Source of the DNA: a virus
Taxonomy: Duplodnaviria; Caudoviricetes
Virus record (IMG/VR): IMGVR_UViG_3300023262_000007
Location: 1-25,162 of that record
Strand: one strand, 5' to 3'
Length of the DNA: 25,162 bases
Shown: positions 1 through 8,485 of the stretch, piece by piece
Layout: each line of letters starts with the position of its first letter
How positions within the stretch are numbered: the first letter of the stretch is position 1
Position numbers and translations under genes: made by a program
Notes under the pieces: model-generated
The model's input: the letters and a program-made list of their open reading frames with translations, nothing else
Databases searched by the model: none
Told to the model about the DNA's origin: nothing

Positions 1-108
1 CCAAACTAGAATAGCTATCGTCTTCCCTGCTGATGTCCCGCCCTGAACAACCCGCTTCTTTTTAGTCAGGGTCTTTATCTTGTCGACTGCTGTTGTATTC
101 TGGATCAT
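1..108 (-). CDS. terL: Terminase large subunit, N-terminal fragment (runs off window edge)
   Basis: Not in the ORF track. ATG at 108 reads MIQNTTAVDKIKTLTKKKRVVQGGTSAGKTIAILVW, with a terminase Walker A (GGTSAGKT). It overlaps the end of the small-subunit gene. Confidence 0.88.
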   Translation of the reverse strand, partial: MIQNTTAVDKIKTLTKKKRVVQGGTSAGKTIAILVW

Positions 109-436
109 CAAATAGGGGTTCGCTGGTTTCTATTATCTGCCTTTCGGGCATAATTACTTCCATTGACTGCTTGGATTTTCCTTCCATCCTGTCGAATATC
201 TCTATGATGGCTTTTATATCCCCATCGTTTGCCTTCTTTAGCAGCTTCCTTATAATGACATCCTGGAACTCCCTCTTTACCTTCTTCCCGTCAATGATAA
301 CATCTATCTTCTCACACAACATCTCCTTTAGAATAGTAGACATATTGCGTCTTCCTTTCGGTCTGCCATTTGGGTTATTCGTTTCACCTTTCTTGCATGG
401 CTTCAAGTTCTCTGGTGCTCCTCCTGGTCTTCCCAT
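62..436 (-). CDS. terS: Terminase small subunit-like protein (DUF5681-type N-terminus)
   Basis: NLKPCKKGETNNPNGRPKG motif and KANDGDIKAIIEIFDRMEGK helix; lies immediately upstream of terL. Confidence 0.78.
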   Translation of the reverse strand: MGRPGGAPENLKPCKKGETNNPNGRPKGRRNMSTILKEMLCEKIDVIIDGKKVKREFQDVIIRKLLKKANDGDIKAIIEIFDRMEGKSKQSMEVIMPERQIIETSEPLFDDPEYNSSRQDKDPD

Positions 437-449
437 TTCTATTATTGTT

Positions 450-1628
450 TTATTTTTGTTTAACTGCCTTATTTCCTGTGAAGTCTTCCCATCGTTTTAT
501 TATCACATCACAGTAGTGTGGATCAAGTTCCATGCCGTAGCATTTGCGAGATAGTTTTTCGCAAGCAATTAGGGTTGTGCCTGACCCAATAAACGGATCA
601 TATATTGATGAGTCGCTAAAATTTTCTACAAAGTGCAATGCAAGGCTAGTTGGGAATATAGCATTATGCTCTTTTATCTTATTCTCTGACTGTTTGCTGA
701 TATTTATTACATTAGATAGTGTTCCCCTGAAATACCTTGTGCCAATATGGCGGTTTGACTTTTGGCTAAAACAATGTATGTACTCATACTGAGAGTTTAG
801 AACATTCTCAGCCATAGCCGGTTGTGCTGTTTGCTTATCCCAGATAATAGTCTCTGCGTATTTCGACTTCATATCATAAAGAAAGTCAATTAATGATAAT
901 TTATTACCAGATAAACTCTGTACATTTACAAACACATATTGACAATATTCTAAAGCTATAAGAGTTGATGACTCTAATAGTGAAAGATATTCTGTACTGC
1001 TTTTATTATCTAGGTCGTTTAGATACTTCGATTTTTTACCAGCCTTTAATTCTGTTGGCGTCTTTCCTGCATTATATGGAGGACTTGTAAACACCATATC
1101 CGCCTTCTCCCCGTCCATTAGTCTTTCAACATCTTCGGCCTTTGTGCTATCGCCACAGAGCAACCTATGATCTCCGAGTTGCCACAGGTCTCCAAGTTTA
1201 CATATCGGATCTACCTCATCTGGGATAGCATCATCATCCGTTAATCCTTCTTCTGGTTCACTTCCCCAATCGTCAGGAAGCTCCAGGCCCCACTCTATGA
1301 GTTTATCTTGATCCCATTCGCTTTCTAGTATAGTCCAATCCCAATCACCAAAAGGAACGTTGTCTTCTATTATGAACCTTTCACGCTCATCGTCTGTAAG
1401 CTCCTGTGCTTGCTTCACCCAGTCATCTGGGATGTCTTTATATCCTAACTCTTTGAGTGCCTTATATCGCATATTACCGCCTAGTATCGTACCTTCTGCA
1501 TCTATTACGATGGGACGGAGCGACATCATCTTAGGGAAGTCCTTAATGGAGTCAATAAGTCTCTTGAACCGCTCATCCTTTATCAGTCTGGGGTTGTCTT
1601 TGTTTAGTTTTATCTTTGATATTTTCAT
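450..1628 (-). CDS. ParB/Srx-like domain fused to a beta-class amino (N4-C/N6-A) DNA methyltransferase
   Basis: N-terminal NKDNPR...RPIVID...GGNMRYKA (ParB-like), acidic linker, GDLWQLGDHRLLCGDS, motif IV TSPPY and motif I DPFIGSGTT. Confidence 0.9.
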   Translation of the reverse strand: MKISKIKLNKDNPRLIKDERFKRLIDSIKDFPKMMSLRPIVIDAEGTILGGNMRYKALKELGYKDIPDDWVKQAQELTDDERERFIIEDNVPFGDWDWTILESEWDQDKLIEWGLELPDDWGSEPEEGLTDDDAIPDEVDPICKLGDLWQLGDHRLLCGDSTKAEDVERLMDGEKADMVFTSPPYNAGKTPTELKAGKKSKYLNDLDNKSSTEYLSLLESSTLIALEYCQYVFVNVQSLSGNKLSLIDFLYDMKSKYAETIIWDKQTAQPAMAENVLNSQYEYIHCFSQKSNRHIGTRYFRGTLSNVINISKQSENKIKEHNAIFPTSLALHFVENFSDSSIYDPFIGSGTTLIACEKLSRKCYGMELDPHYCDVIIKRWEDFTGNKAVKQK

Positions 1629-1662
1629 TTACACACTTAAAGTTTATTCGTTTCTAAAGTTT

Positions 1663-1833
1663 CTATTTTCTCAATAAGTCATATTCAACTATCATAGCAC
1701 TATACTGATCTATGTTTATACAATGCTCATCTCCATTTGACATACGGACTCTTATTGTAAAGTCGGATCTCTCAATAGATACAATCTGCTCTATATTTAA
1801 TTCAAGTGTCGTGGTAATGAAGAATAGTTTCAT
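1663..1833 (-). CDS. Small hypothetical protein (56 aa)
   Basis: Not in the track. MKLFFITTTLELNIEQIVSIER...YDLLRK*; ATGA overlap with the upstream gene stop, and it fills the gap. Confidence 0.65.
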   Translation of the reverse strand: MKLFFITTTLELNIEQIVSIERSDFTIRVRMSNGDEHCINIDQYSAMIVEYDLLRK

Positions 1834-2093
1834 TCGTTCTCTTGTTTTATAAGGTAATCAGCCATTACAAATGATTGTTCTGCTATTAGCTTACCGAGCT
1901 TCTTCTTATCCTCGGCAGCTTCTTCATTCGCCCTTATACTCATCTCCTTATTTCCCATTACCCCACTAAGGTACCCCTGTGCTATCATTACGGCAGTCCA
2001 GTAGCGTTTGGACATACCTGGATGGAGGTTAGCTTCCCACGGCTTTTGATCTTCTGTGATTGTTTCACACGGGAATGCTGGTTCGTTTTTCAT
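1830..2093 (-). CDS. Conserved small phage protein (PAFP...GM.R.Y.A..A.QG family)
   Basis: EPAFPC...GMSKRYWTAVMIAQG...MADYLIK pattern typical of a widespread phage family; ATGA overlaps at both ends. Confidence 0.75.
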   Translation of the reverse strand: MKNEPAFPCETITEDQKPWEANLHPGMSKRYWTAVMIAQGYLSGVMGNKEMSIRANEEAAEDKKKLGKLIAEQSFVMADYLIKQENE

Positions 2094-2206
2094 GGTAGTA
2101 TGTATATAACTGCTTGTTTAATTACGGGTAATGCCTGATAGAGTAACATCCCTACTGTGATCCCTAATAGGAATACGATTGTGGGAAATTTCTTTTGTTC
2201 GCTCAT
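2090..2206 (-). CDS. Small single-TM membrane peptide
   Basis: Likely start MSEQKK at 2206, just after the upstream stop (the track starts at 2272). Hydrophobic segment IVFLLGITVGMLLY. Confidence 0.55.
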   Translation of the reverse strand: MSEQKKFPTIVFLLGITVGMLLYQALPVIKQAVIYILP

Positions 2207-2210
2207 GTCT

Positions 2211-2453
2211 TTATCTTTGAATGTTAAACAACTTTCGTAGTATCTGCTCCCGTGTCCTTGCTTGTATCTCATCGAACCCTCTCAGGAATAGCTCCCACTC
2301 CTTATGATGGTCTGGATTCAAATAAGGGTTCTCTATGTCTTCTGGTTGGCAGAATAGCGTAGAAGCACAGACAGGGCAATATATTCTATCTTCTATCTGG
2401 GTGTAAGTAGTTGCTATCTCACAGGCACAATTATGACAATGGTAAGCTATCAT
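2211..2453 (-). CDS. Zinc-ribbon hypothetical protein
   Basis: CHNC...CPVC pairs; ATGA overlap. Confidence 0.6.
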   Translation of the reverse strand: MIAYHCHNCACEIATTYTQIEDRIYCPVCASTLFCQPEDIENPYLNPDHHKEWELFLRGFDEIQARTREQILRKLFNIQR

Positions 2454-2806
2454 GGGTCTAGTTTGTTTTTTAGATGCGTTATTATCTTCTCGGTGTGATG
2501 TTGATAAAACATATTGAAATCTTCGTATCCCCCGTTGCCTTGCTTCCAGAGGAGAAACAGAACCGATCTGATACGTTGGGCTTGGCTCTTGCTGGTGTCC
2601 TCGTATTCACTTTCCAGGTTCTCAAGTATCTTTACTTCCTCTGTTTTGAAGTTATCCTTTTTCATTGCTAGGAATACGAAGTCATTGAGGGTCTTTACAA
2701 TCTCCTTGACTTGATCTGGGCTACATTCATTTGTGCCAAATGTAAGCTTGAATGTTTTGTCCTTCCTACTTGTGATGTTCTCTAAGATTGCGGGTATTAT
2801 CTGCAT
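2450..2806 (-). CDS. Hypothetical phage protein
   Basis: 118 aa ORF tightly packed in the operon. Confidence 0.7.
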   Translation of the reverse strand: MQIIPAILENITSRKDKTFKLTFGTNECSPDQVKEIVKTLNDFVFLAMKKDNFKTEEVKILENLESEYEDTSKSQAQRIRSVLFLLWKQGNGGYEDFNMFYQHHTEKIITHLKNKLDP

Positions 2807-2964
2807 AGCTTTACTTTTGCGTTCTCTGATTTCTCCATCTGCTCCCTGATCTTATCTTCATCCATCCTTAAATCTTCCTCGTTAGGACAGTCGAATGTCC
2901 ACCTCATCATCCTCTTGTGGGTTTCTTCCCAGTTAGGTAGCTTCTCTAGTTTCGTTGGTTTCAT
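2797..2964 (-). CDS. Hypothetical protein (55 aa)
   Basis: Start reassigned to MKPTKL (ATG 2964, ATGA overlap with the upstream peptide) rather than the track TTG at 3063. Confidence 0.55.
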   Translation of the reverse strand: MKPTKLEKLPNWEETHKRMMRWTFDCPNEEDLRMDEDKIREQMEKSENAKVKLCR

Positions 2965-3056
2965 CTTATTAAAGTTCGTATTAAAGCTCTCACGAAGAAG
3001 ATCAGCCCTATGGTTACATATATAGCGATGATGATTAAGTCTAGTGATTCTTTCAT
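2961..3056 (-). CDS. 31-aa single-TM peptide, probably leaderless
   Basis: MKESLDLIIIAIYVTIGLIFFVRALIRTLIR*; its stop overlaps the next ATG (ATGA), and its ATG follows the promoter -10 hexamer after a 6-nt gap. Confidence 0.6.
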   Translation of the reverse strand: MKESLDLIIIAIYVTIGLIFFVRALIRTLIR

Positions 3057-3060
3057 TTAA

Positions 3061-3100
3061 CAAAGGTAAGCATTTTTCGTTACAAAGTAAAGTGTTATTT
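3061..3100 (-). promoter_or_regulatory. Promoter: AAATAACAC-TTTACT-N17-TACCTT(TG)
   Basis: Contains the Bacteroidota -7 element TAnnTTTG (TACCTTTG, 3061-3068); architecture shared with the promoter at 8510-8547. Confidence 0.65.
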
Positions 3101-3111
3101 TATTTCATGCC

Positions 3112-3660
3112 CTAAATATCTAGTATTTTAGGACGTTGAGTGCATATCATAGGGTCGATTAGCAGACAGGTATAGTTTGGCTGTATCCAATTCAAAAGCA
3201 GGTGGTCTAGTTTCGAGGGCTTGTTTAAAAAAGACTCTAGCATCTTAACCACCGTAGGGATTATCCTTCTGTGATATACAATAGCGTGAGATGTCAGCCC
3301 GTACTTTAGTAGATACCAGTTGTCGTAGCGTTTCAGGAGCTTCTGTTGAGGCGATGCACCAAGATATAGTAAATCCCAGTCCTCAAGACTGATCTCCTTG
3401 TACGCCACCTCAAACGTCTTTAACGGGGTATTAATGAACTTGATGTCATCTCCTAAAATCAGAGTGGTTCGGTCTACCCCTGAAAGGATGTTATATGTGG
3501 CTTCAATAAATCCCATGTGTCCAGGTTTTAACCCTTCAACGACTGCCACCCTTTGTTTGAGTCCTATCTTCTCCACCTCGTAAAGGGAATCCATGAGTCT
3601 ATCTGTTCTCTCAGGTAGGTTGATTAAAAATATATGCTCTATGTGGTTAAATGGATTCAT
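3112..3660 (-). CDS. Glycosyltransferase family 25-like protein
   Basis: FLINLPERTDR, LILGDD (usually LEDD), WDLLYLG, SHAIVY and terminal Q...DI motifs. Confidence 0.75.
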   Translation of the reverse strand: MNPFNHIEHIFLINLPERTDRLMDSLYEVEKIGLKQRVAVVEGLKPGHMGFIEATYNILSGVDRTTLILGDDIKFINTPLKTFEVAYKEISLEDWDLLYLGASPQQKLLKRYDNWYLLKYGLTSHAIVYHRRIIPTVVKMLESFLNKPSKLDHLLLNWIQPNYTCLLIDPMICTQRPKILDI

Positions 3661-3941
3661 AAGTGCTTTACTAGTTGATCTGTGATCCCTGCTACTATCT
3701 TATTGTAATCCTCTACATACTCCTTTAGGGTCTTTATCTCATCTATCCCGATAGTCGTATCAGTAGATATAATCTCAACGGCTCTTGGAAGTGAAACGGC
3801 ATAAGCGAGATTATTTATGACCTCTTTGCCTATGTTGGCGAATACCTTAGACTCCTTTATATAGATAACTCTGTATATGTTCCATTGGGCAATACCAGCC
3901 ACCTCTTGCTCTAGGATGTAATCGTTGATTCTTATTTTCAT
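3657..3941 (-). CDS. Hypothetical phage protein
   Basis: 94 aa; ATGA overlap with the GT25 gene. Confidence 0.65.
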   Translation of the reverse strand: MKIRINDYILEQEVAGIAQWNIYRVIYIKESKVFANIGKEVINNLAYAVSLPRAVEIISTDTTIGIDEIKTLKEYVEDYNKIVAGITDQLVKHL

Positions 3942-3942
3942 C

Positions 3943-4257
3943 TTACAGGTGTTTTACTAACCATAATTTCAAACTGTCTCTTACTGTCTTTTTCTTGAAC
4001 GGGATCCTAAACAACACTTTCACGCTGTTATTGATGAAGTCCTTCTCGTGCCAATGTACCCCCGTCTCAAGCCCCTTGATCTTGATCGCCTTCTCGTTTT
4101 CTTCCAAGACTATTAACTCGTCTAAGAAGACTTTTCGCTGTTGCCCTGATCCAACGGTAAACTTTACGATGTGCCGATGGTTTAACAGCAGGGTTTTCTC
4201 CGATGATTCTTTTGAATCTCGTTGTGATTTCGTCAATATTAAGTCCTTCATAATCAT
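3943..4257 (-). CDS. Hypothetical protein (start uncertain)
   Basis: 104 aa; ends 1 nt before the next ATG and overlaps the upstream ORF by about 190 nt. Confidence 0.5.
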   Translation of the reverse strand: MIMKDLILTKSQRDSKESSEKTLLLNHRHIVKFTVGSGQQRKVFLDELIVLEENEKAIKIKGLETGVHWHEKDFINNSVKVLFRIPFKKKTVRDSLKLWLVKHL

Positions 4258-4417
4258 GTTTTAGGTTTATAAGTTCTTGAGTTACTATTCTCGTTCTCTC
4301 TTGGTTGATGGTTTCATCATAGCCATAGGTGTCGGTTACTAATTCAATCATCGCTACCGACTGCTCACCTCTTTCTATCAGAGGTATTAAGACTTCTTTA
4401 AAGAATTTCTCTTTCAT
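4067..4417 (-). CDS. Hypothetical protein
   Basis: ATGA overlap with the upstream gene; the 3' half overlaps the next ORF. Confidence 0.5.
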   Translation of the reverse strand: MKEKFFKEVLIPLIERGEQSVAMIELVTDTYGYDETINQERTRIVTQELINLKHDYEGLNIDEITTRFKRIIGENPAVKPSAHRKVYRWIRATAKSLLRRVNSLGRKREGDQDQGA

Positions 4418-4800
4418 GTCTCCATAAATTTAGCCTCCAAATGAGTAGCGTCTATTTTGTGTAAGATATTGTTTACCTTATTGCGGTACGTCGTATCCAC
4501 CTGATACAGACCTTTCACCTGATTGATGGCGTAGCCTACCGTTGCATGATCCCGCCTACCTACAACCATTCCAATCTGCTCTAAGGTCATTGGAGTAAGC
4601 ATCCTGAGTATCGTTTGTAATACCTGCCTACCGATAACGTGAGGTCGATGTCTTGAAGCGGAGTGGATCTGCATCGGGGATATATTATACTCAGCACAAA
4701 CCGCCCGAACCATTTTAAACGTACCTCTTTTCGTGGGGTGGTGCTTTGGCATTGGCTTAAATGATAAGCCTGGAACTACATAGGGGGAGATCATCTGCAT
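4414..4800 (-). CDS. DnaA domain IV-like HTH DNA-binding protein
   Basis: SRHRPHVIGRQV...MTLEQIGMVVGRRDHATVGYAINQV matches the DnaA C-terminal signature (R...RQ.AMYL...SL..IG..FGGRDHTTV). Confidence 0.82.
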   Translation of the reverse strand: MQMISPYVVPGLSFKPMPKHHPTKRGTFKMVRAVCAEYNISPMQIHSASRHRPHVIGRQVLQTILRMLTPMTLEQIGMVVGRRDHATVGYAINQVKGLYQVDTTYRNKVNNILHKIDATHLEAKFMET

Positions 4801-5189
4801 AGGTATCCTTTCTCTGTTAATTCATCCGTGAACTCTGCTACTAGCCATTTGAAGTCTATCTCCTTTCGGGGATAAGCCACCTTGCTTCTCATATACATAT
4901 CGTTAGCAGTCCCTTCTCCGTAGGTTATATCTAGATATTTACCATAAGCGTACTGCTCTCCTTCATTAAAACTGTTGCATTTCACACATTGAACATCGGT
5001 ATTCATTCGGTCAAACCTAGTTGCCTGATGTTGGCGTGGCATAAAATGACCCAGATGAAACTTCCTCCAATGCCCTGTCTTACCACAAGTGCAACAGGTT
5101 ACTATCCCTTCCTCGTCAGCGTTAGACTGCCTAACCAACAAGGAGAAAAGTCGATCGCTTTCCTTTCGGTAATTTCTTTTGCCTTTCAT
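4791..5189 (-). CDS. ninG: NinG/Rap-like recombination nuclease
   Basis: FSLLVR...CCTCG...GHFMPR...TRFDRMNTDVQCVKCN...G..Y pattern. Confidence 0.82.
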   Translation of the reverse strand: MKGKRNYRKESDRLFSLLVRQSNADEEGIVTCCTCGKTGHWRKFHLGHFMPRQHQATRFDRMNTDVQCVKCNSFNEGEQYAYGKYLDITYGEGTANDMYMRSKVAYPRKEIDFKWLVAEFTDELTEKGYLCR

Positions 5190-5430
5190 AGTCTTTCCTT
5201 TGTTTTAGGTCGTGTTCTCTCAAAAAGTTATGATACGCTGGATTCATCTTAAACAAATACTGCGGATGCTCCCTTCGCTTTAACTGCTCAACATGGGTTC
5301 GATTATGCCGATGTCGCTCCCAGAGTTCAAATTTACACATTTTTCTGGTATTATAAAAGACATCCCAGCCTTTTAATGCTAAATGAAACTGAGCGTAAGG
5401 CGAATACGGAATCTCGTTTGGTTTTTTCAT
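5131..5430 (-). CDS. Hypothetical basic protein
   Basis: ATGA overlap with the MTase stop; 59-nt overlap with ninG. Confidence 0.5.
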   Translation of the reverse strand: MKKPNEIPYSPYAQFHLALKGWDVFYNTRKMCKFELWERHRHNRTHVEQLKRREHPQYLFKMNPAYHNFLREHDLKQRKDYERQKKLPKGKRSTFLLVG

Positions 5431-6206
5431 AATAGTGTTGTTTGTCTTAGGTATGGATCAATCCTCTTGTTTGCTATATCAACATACTCTTGGCTTATCT
5501 CACTACCTATCCAGTTTCTTTTCAGGTGATGAGCACCCTTTGCCGTTGTTCCACTCCCCATAAATGGATCATAAACTAAATCACCTTCATTGCTCCATGA
5601 ATAGATGTGATCCTTTACTAACTTGACGGGGAATACTGCTGGATGATTTATTTCCTCTTGTAATGAGTCACTTGAGTATAACCATACATTATTCCTAGAT
5701 TTAAACGGGCTGGATGTTATAACCTTATTTTCTTTTAAGACCCCATTTTTACCTCTATTCTTATAGGTGACCTTCTTTCCTAAATTATTTATATTTATCT
5801 TAATATCTTTTATTTGATTAAATGACTTGGGAGTCCCTTTTGATAATATAAACATATACTCAATAGCATTCCAATATCTTACATTATCTGGGTATCTCGG
5901 TTCTTTTTGATATATCATAGTGTCATGGAGATTAAATCCAATCTCTTTAAAATACAATGCTTGTTTAAATGATGTTCCAGTTTTACTCCCATCCACAGTA
6001 GCATCACCAACAACCCAGACAACCACCCCACCTTGTTTTGTTACCCTGAATAACTCTTTATCTATACTCTCAAAGTCAAAAGAGTATCCTTTATAATCTC
6101 TCAAACCATCATACGGTGGGGATGTGACAGTAAGATCAATATATCCATCTGGCATCCTTCCCATAGTATCCAAGCAATCCTCACAGTATATCTTGTTTAC
6201 TTTCAT
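5427..6206 (-). CDS. Beta-class amino DNA methyltransferase (N4-C/N6-A)
   Basis: DLTVTSPPY, HPAVFP, DPFMGSGTT and GSEIS motifs. Confidence 0.93.
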   Translation of the reverse strand: MKVNKIYCEDCLDTMGRMPDGYIDLTVTSPPYDGLRDYKGYSFDFESIDKELFRVTKQGGVVVWVVGDATVDGSKTGTSFKQALYFKEIGFNLHDTMIYQKEPRYPDNVRYWNAIEYMFILSKGTPKSFNQIKDIKININNLGKKVTYKNRGKNGVLKENKVITSSPFKSRNNVWLYSSDSLQEEINHPAVFPVKLVKDHIYSWSNEGDLVYDPFMGSGTTAKGAHHLKRNWIGSEISQEYVDIANKRIDPYLRQTTLL

Positions 6207-6207
6207 A

Positions 6208-7152
6208 TCAGAAGTTATTATCGTTTTTCATTTTGTTGTCAAAGTCTTTCGGGCTGTATGTGGTTTGATCCATCATAAGTCGTTTAGGAGTAAAGGAGTA
6301 AATCAGATCCACCACGTTTCCAGATCCTCTTTTGTTTACCATTCTCAAATAGCCTATATCCTTTCGGTAGTTATCAATGTCATCAATTATCAACGAAGGG
6401 CAAATATAGAAATCGCAGTTGTCTATAATCTTTTCCGATCCTCTGGCGAACTTTGATACATCTCTTTGGTGCTTATCTCCACCCCGTGAAGCGTGAACAA
6501 TACAAAGGACTAGAATGTTACGATCTTTGGCTAACTCTTTCAACCCTCTGGTGTGCATATTCGCTAACTCAAGTTCCGTTCCTTTACCACCCATCATTGA
6601 AAGTCCATCCACGATTAGTATATCTGTTGAGCCTGTATTGGTTTCAACTCTCTCCAGTAGGGTTTTATATTCATCACAGGTCAATCCAGAGTTTTGAGTG
6701 ATCTGAAGTTTGTCATTGTACGAATCAGCTACAATTCCATTTAAGAGGTCTAGGACGTACTTTGGATCGGTCTTATAGGTTTCTTCCAGTACCTCACTTG
6801 CTTGTTTCTGCTGGTCGTTAAAGTCCACCTGGATGTTAATAAACCGACTCCCCAATTCAACTACTCCCATCTCCATTGATGAATAAATCACTCTCAATTT
6901 GTTGTAGAAGATATTATGATGAGCAATGTTCTGAGCTAACAAACTCTTTTTCGTACCCCCGTAGTGAATGATTACACCTAACTTCCCTCTGAGTTTGCCC
7001 TTCATTTCGTGATCTAACAAAGGGAACTTCAGGCTAATTTTGTTCTGCTCCTCTTTAATACCAAGCACCCACTCATCAAACCAACCCGATATAGGACGTA
7101 TATCTAAATCATCGCTTACGATCTCAGGGAGCAGTATATTATTTTCTTCCAA
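6208..7152 (-). CDS. DnaB-like (SF4) helicase, C-terminal RecA-type domain only
   Basis: Walker A-like YGGTKKS, SMEMG, Walker B ILIVDGL, LKELAK...VH, RGSEKIIDNCD and NKRG. The start is uncertain (TTG 7152 or TTG 7185). Confidence 0.75.
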   Translation of the reverse strand: MEENNILLPEIVSDDLDIRPISGWFDEWVLGIKEEQNKISLKFPLLDHEMKGKLRGKLGVIIHYGGTKKSLLAQNIAHHNIFYNKLRVIYSSMEMGVVELGSRFINIQVDFNDQQKQASEVLEETYKTDPKYVLDLLNGIVADSYNDKLQITQNSGLTCDEYKTLLERVETNTGSTDILIVDGLSMMGGKGTELELANMHTRGLKELAKDRNILVLCIVHASRGGDKHQRDVSKFARGSEKIIDNCDFYICPSLIIDDIDNYRKDIGYLRMVNKRGSGNVVDLIYSFTPKRLMMDQTTYSPKDFDNKMKNDNNF

Positions 7153-7471
7153 TGTATGCCTCCACTTTTTTAACCGTTTCGTCAAATGATCCGTTAAGCT
7201 TTTCGGTTTCTATCACCTCGTATTTATCCAACCTAGATTGAAGTTCTACGGAGTATGATTTCAAAAACCTGTTCTCAGCTTCTAAGATTTCATTCTTTTG
7301 TAGGATCCATCCCAAGTCATTCATGTACGCAAATGAGTACTTCATCACACCTAATACACGAATCCAGAACTTGCTTGAGTCAGAGTCTTTCGATCTCGCC
7401 AGTACACTTCCTACCTCTGCGATTATATCCAGAAGCATATCAGGAGCGTTTGTGTTTGTTGTAAAGCTCAT
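7139..7471 (-). CDS. Hypothetical coiled-coil protein between initiator and helicase
   Basis: ATGA overlap with the initiator; heptad-like C-terminal half. Confidence 0.65.
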   Translation of the reverse strand: MSFTTNTNAPDMLLDIIAEVGSVLARSKDSDSSKFWIRVLGVMKYSFAYMNDLGWILQKNEILEAENRFLKSYSVELQSRLDKYEVIETEKLNGSFDETVKKVEAYIGRK

Positions 7472-8376
7472 CCTATGAATTTCTTTATAATAGCGTATAA
7501 CGACTTTGCACCATCCGTGTAGGTGTGTTTACTCTCAATAGCATCTAAGACATTCGATAAGTTCTTATTATTATTACTAGCGTGTTGCCGTAGCTTTTTA
7601 AATTCATTGAATGTTAACTGCTCTGTGATTGACAATATTCCTTTATACTCCCGACCCTGGCTATTGTCACCATATATATAAGCGGTGTATTTCCTATATG
7701 ATTCATCACCATCCGATCCATCAACCTCTTTCTGATAGAAAACTTCAGGATCAATTAAAGGCAACTTCCCATCATCCTTAAACCAATTACCCCTCATTTT
7801 CTGTTTCCAATTACTTACAGACTTTCCTTTACTATCTATCCATTCAGCTTCACTATAATATTTAAATACTTTATCGGCATGGTCTTTAGTGTATCCATTT
7901 TCATTAAAAAATATTATAACATCACTCAATACAGGGGGTATAAATTTCTTCTTCTCTGTTTTCTTTTTCTCTCCTTCCCTTTCCTTTATAGTATTACCAA
8001 TCTCTTTCGTTTGTTCTACGGACGTATTACGTCTGTATTTATCCCATCGTTTATTAACGTTCTCACGGGCTGAATCACTCACCTCCATCCTCTTTTTCAT
8101 CCTTTCAATGCAACTTTCACTCCAGAAGTTATCATCATCGAACTGAAACAGATTAAAGTCCTCTACTACGGATTTTATACCATCGTATTCAGTCCGTAAT
8201 TCAAACGCAATACTATCATAATCTCGGCTCAAGTATCCAGCTTCTTCAAATAGCATTTCAATAATACACCAATAGATTCCAACACCATACATCCCGTGTT
8301 TCGTCTGAAGATTTATCATCTTCCTGTCTGACCTCGCATTAAAATCGTGCGAGAAATAAAATGTATCTTTACTCAT
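7468..8376 (-). CDS. Phage replication initiator-like protein (DUF4373/Lin1244-type N-terminus)
   Basis: MSKDTFYFSHDFNARSDRKM...GMYGVGIYWCIIEMLFE; central FIPP...FKYYS..EW.DSKGK.V.NWKQK domain. Start reassigned to ATG 8376. Confidence 0.78.
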   Translation of the reverse strand: MSKDTFYFSHDFNARSDRKMINLQTKHGMYGVGIYWCIIEMLFEEAGYLSRDYDSIAFELRTEYDGIKSVVEDFNLFQFDDDNFWSESCIERMKKRMEVSDSARENVNKRWDKYRRNTSVEQTKEIGNTIKEREGEKKKTEKKKFIPPVLSDVIIFFNENGYTKDHADKVFKYYSEAEWIDSKGKSVSNWKQKMRGNWFKDDGKLPLIDPEVFYQKEVDGSDGDESYRKYTAYIYGDNSQGREYKGILSITEQLTFNEFKKLRQHASNNNKNLSNVLDAIESKHTYTDGAKSLYAIIKKFIG

Positions 8377-8485
8377 AACAAAAAAACCCCACCCGTAGGT
8401 TGCTATCTGGTACTGCATAGGAACCAGCCTGAGTACTTTCGTAGTCAGGAACCATAGGTAGGGATTTGTTTACTTGTTTTTTCAT
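8369..8485 (-). CDS. Putative 38-aa leader peptide (uORF) spanning the structured leader
   Basis: ATG 8485 reads MKKQVNKSLPMVPDYESTQAGSYAVPDSNLRVGFFCYE*; its 3' end overlaps the start of the initiator by 8 nt. Confidence 0.35.
   Translation of the reverse strand: MKKQVNKSLPMVPDYESTQAGSYAVPDSNLRVGFFCYE
8380..8465 (-). ncRNA. Putative structured cis-regulatory RNA (three-way junction followed by U7)
   Basis: The outer stem CCCUACCUAUGGUU/AACCUACGGGUGGGG encloses hairpins CCUGA-C-UAC-GAAA-GUA-C-UCAGG and CUGGU...ACCAG, followed by 7 U. Confidence 0.55.

Noticed and set aside
7985-8220. Iterons inside the initiator gene (AATAC(G) recurrences)
   Set aside because: Too short and irregular to distinguish from chance by eye.
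8385-8465. Hammerhead ribozyme or tRNA
   Set aside because: CUGA and GAAA are present but there is no CUGAnGA core in the right topology, and no T-loop or anticodon arm.
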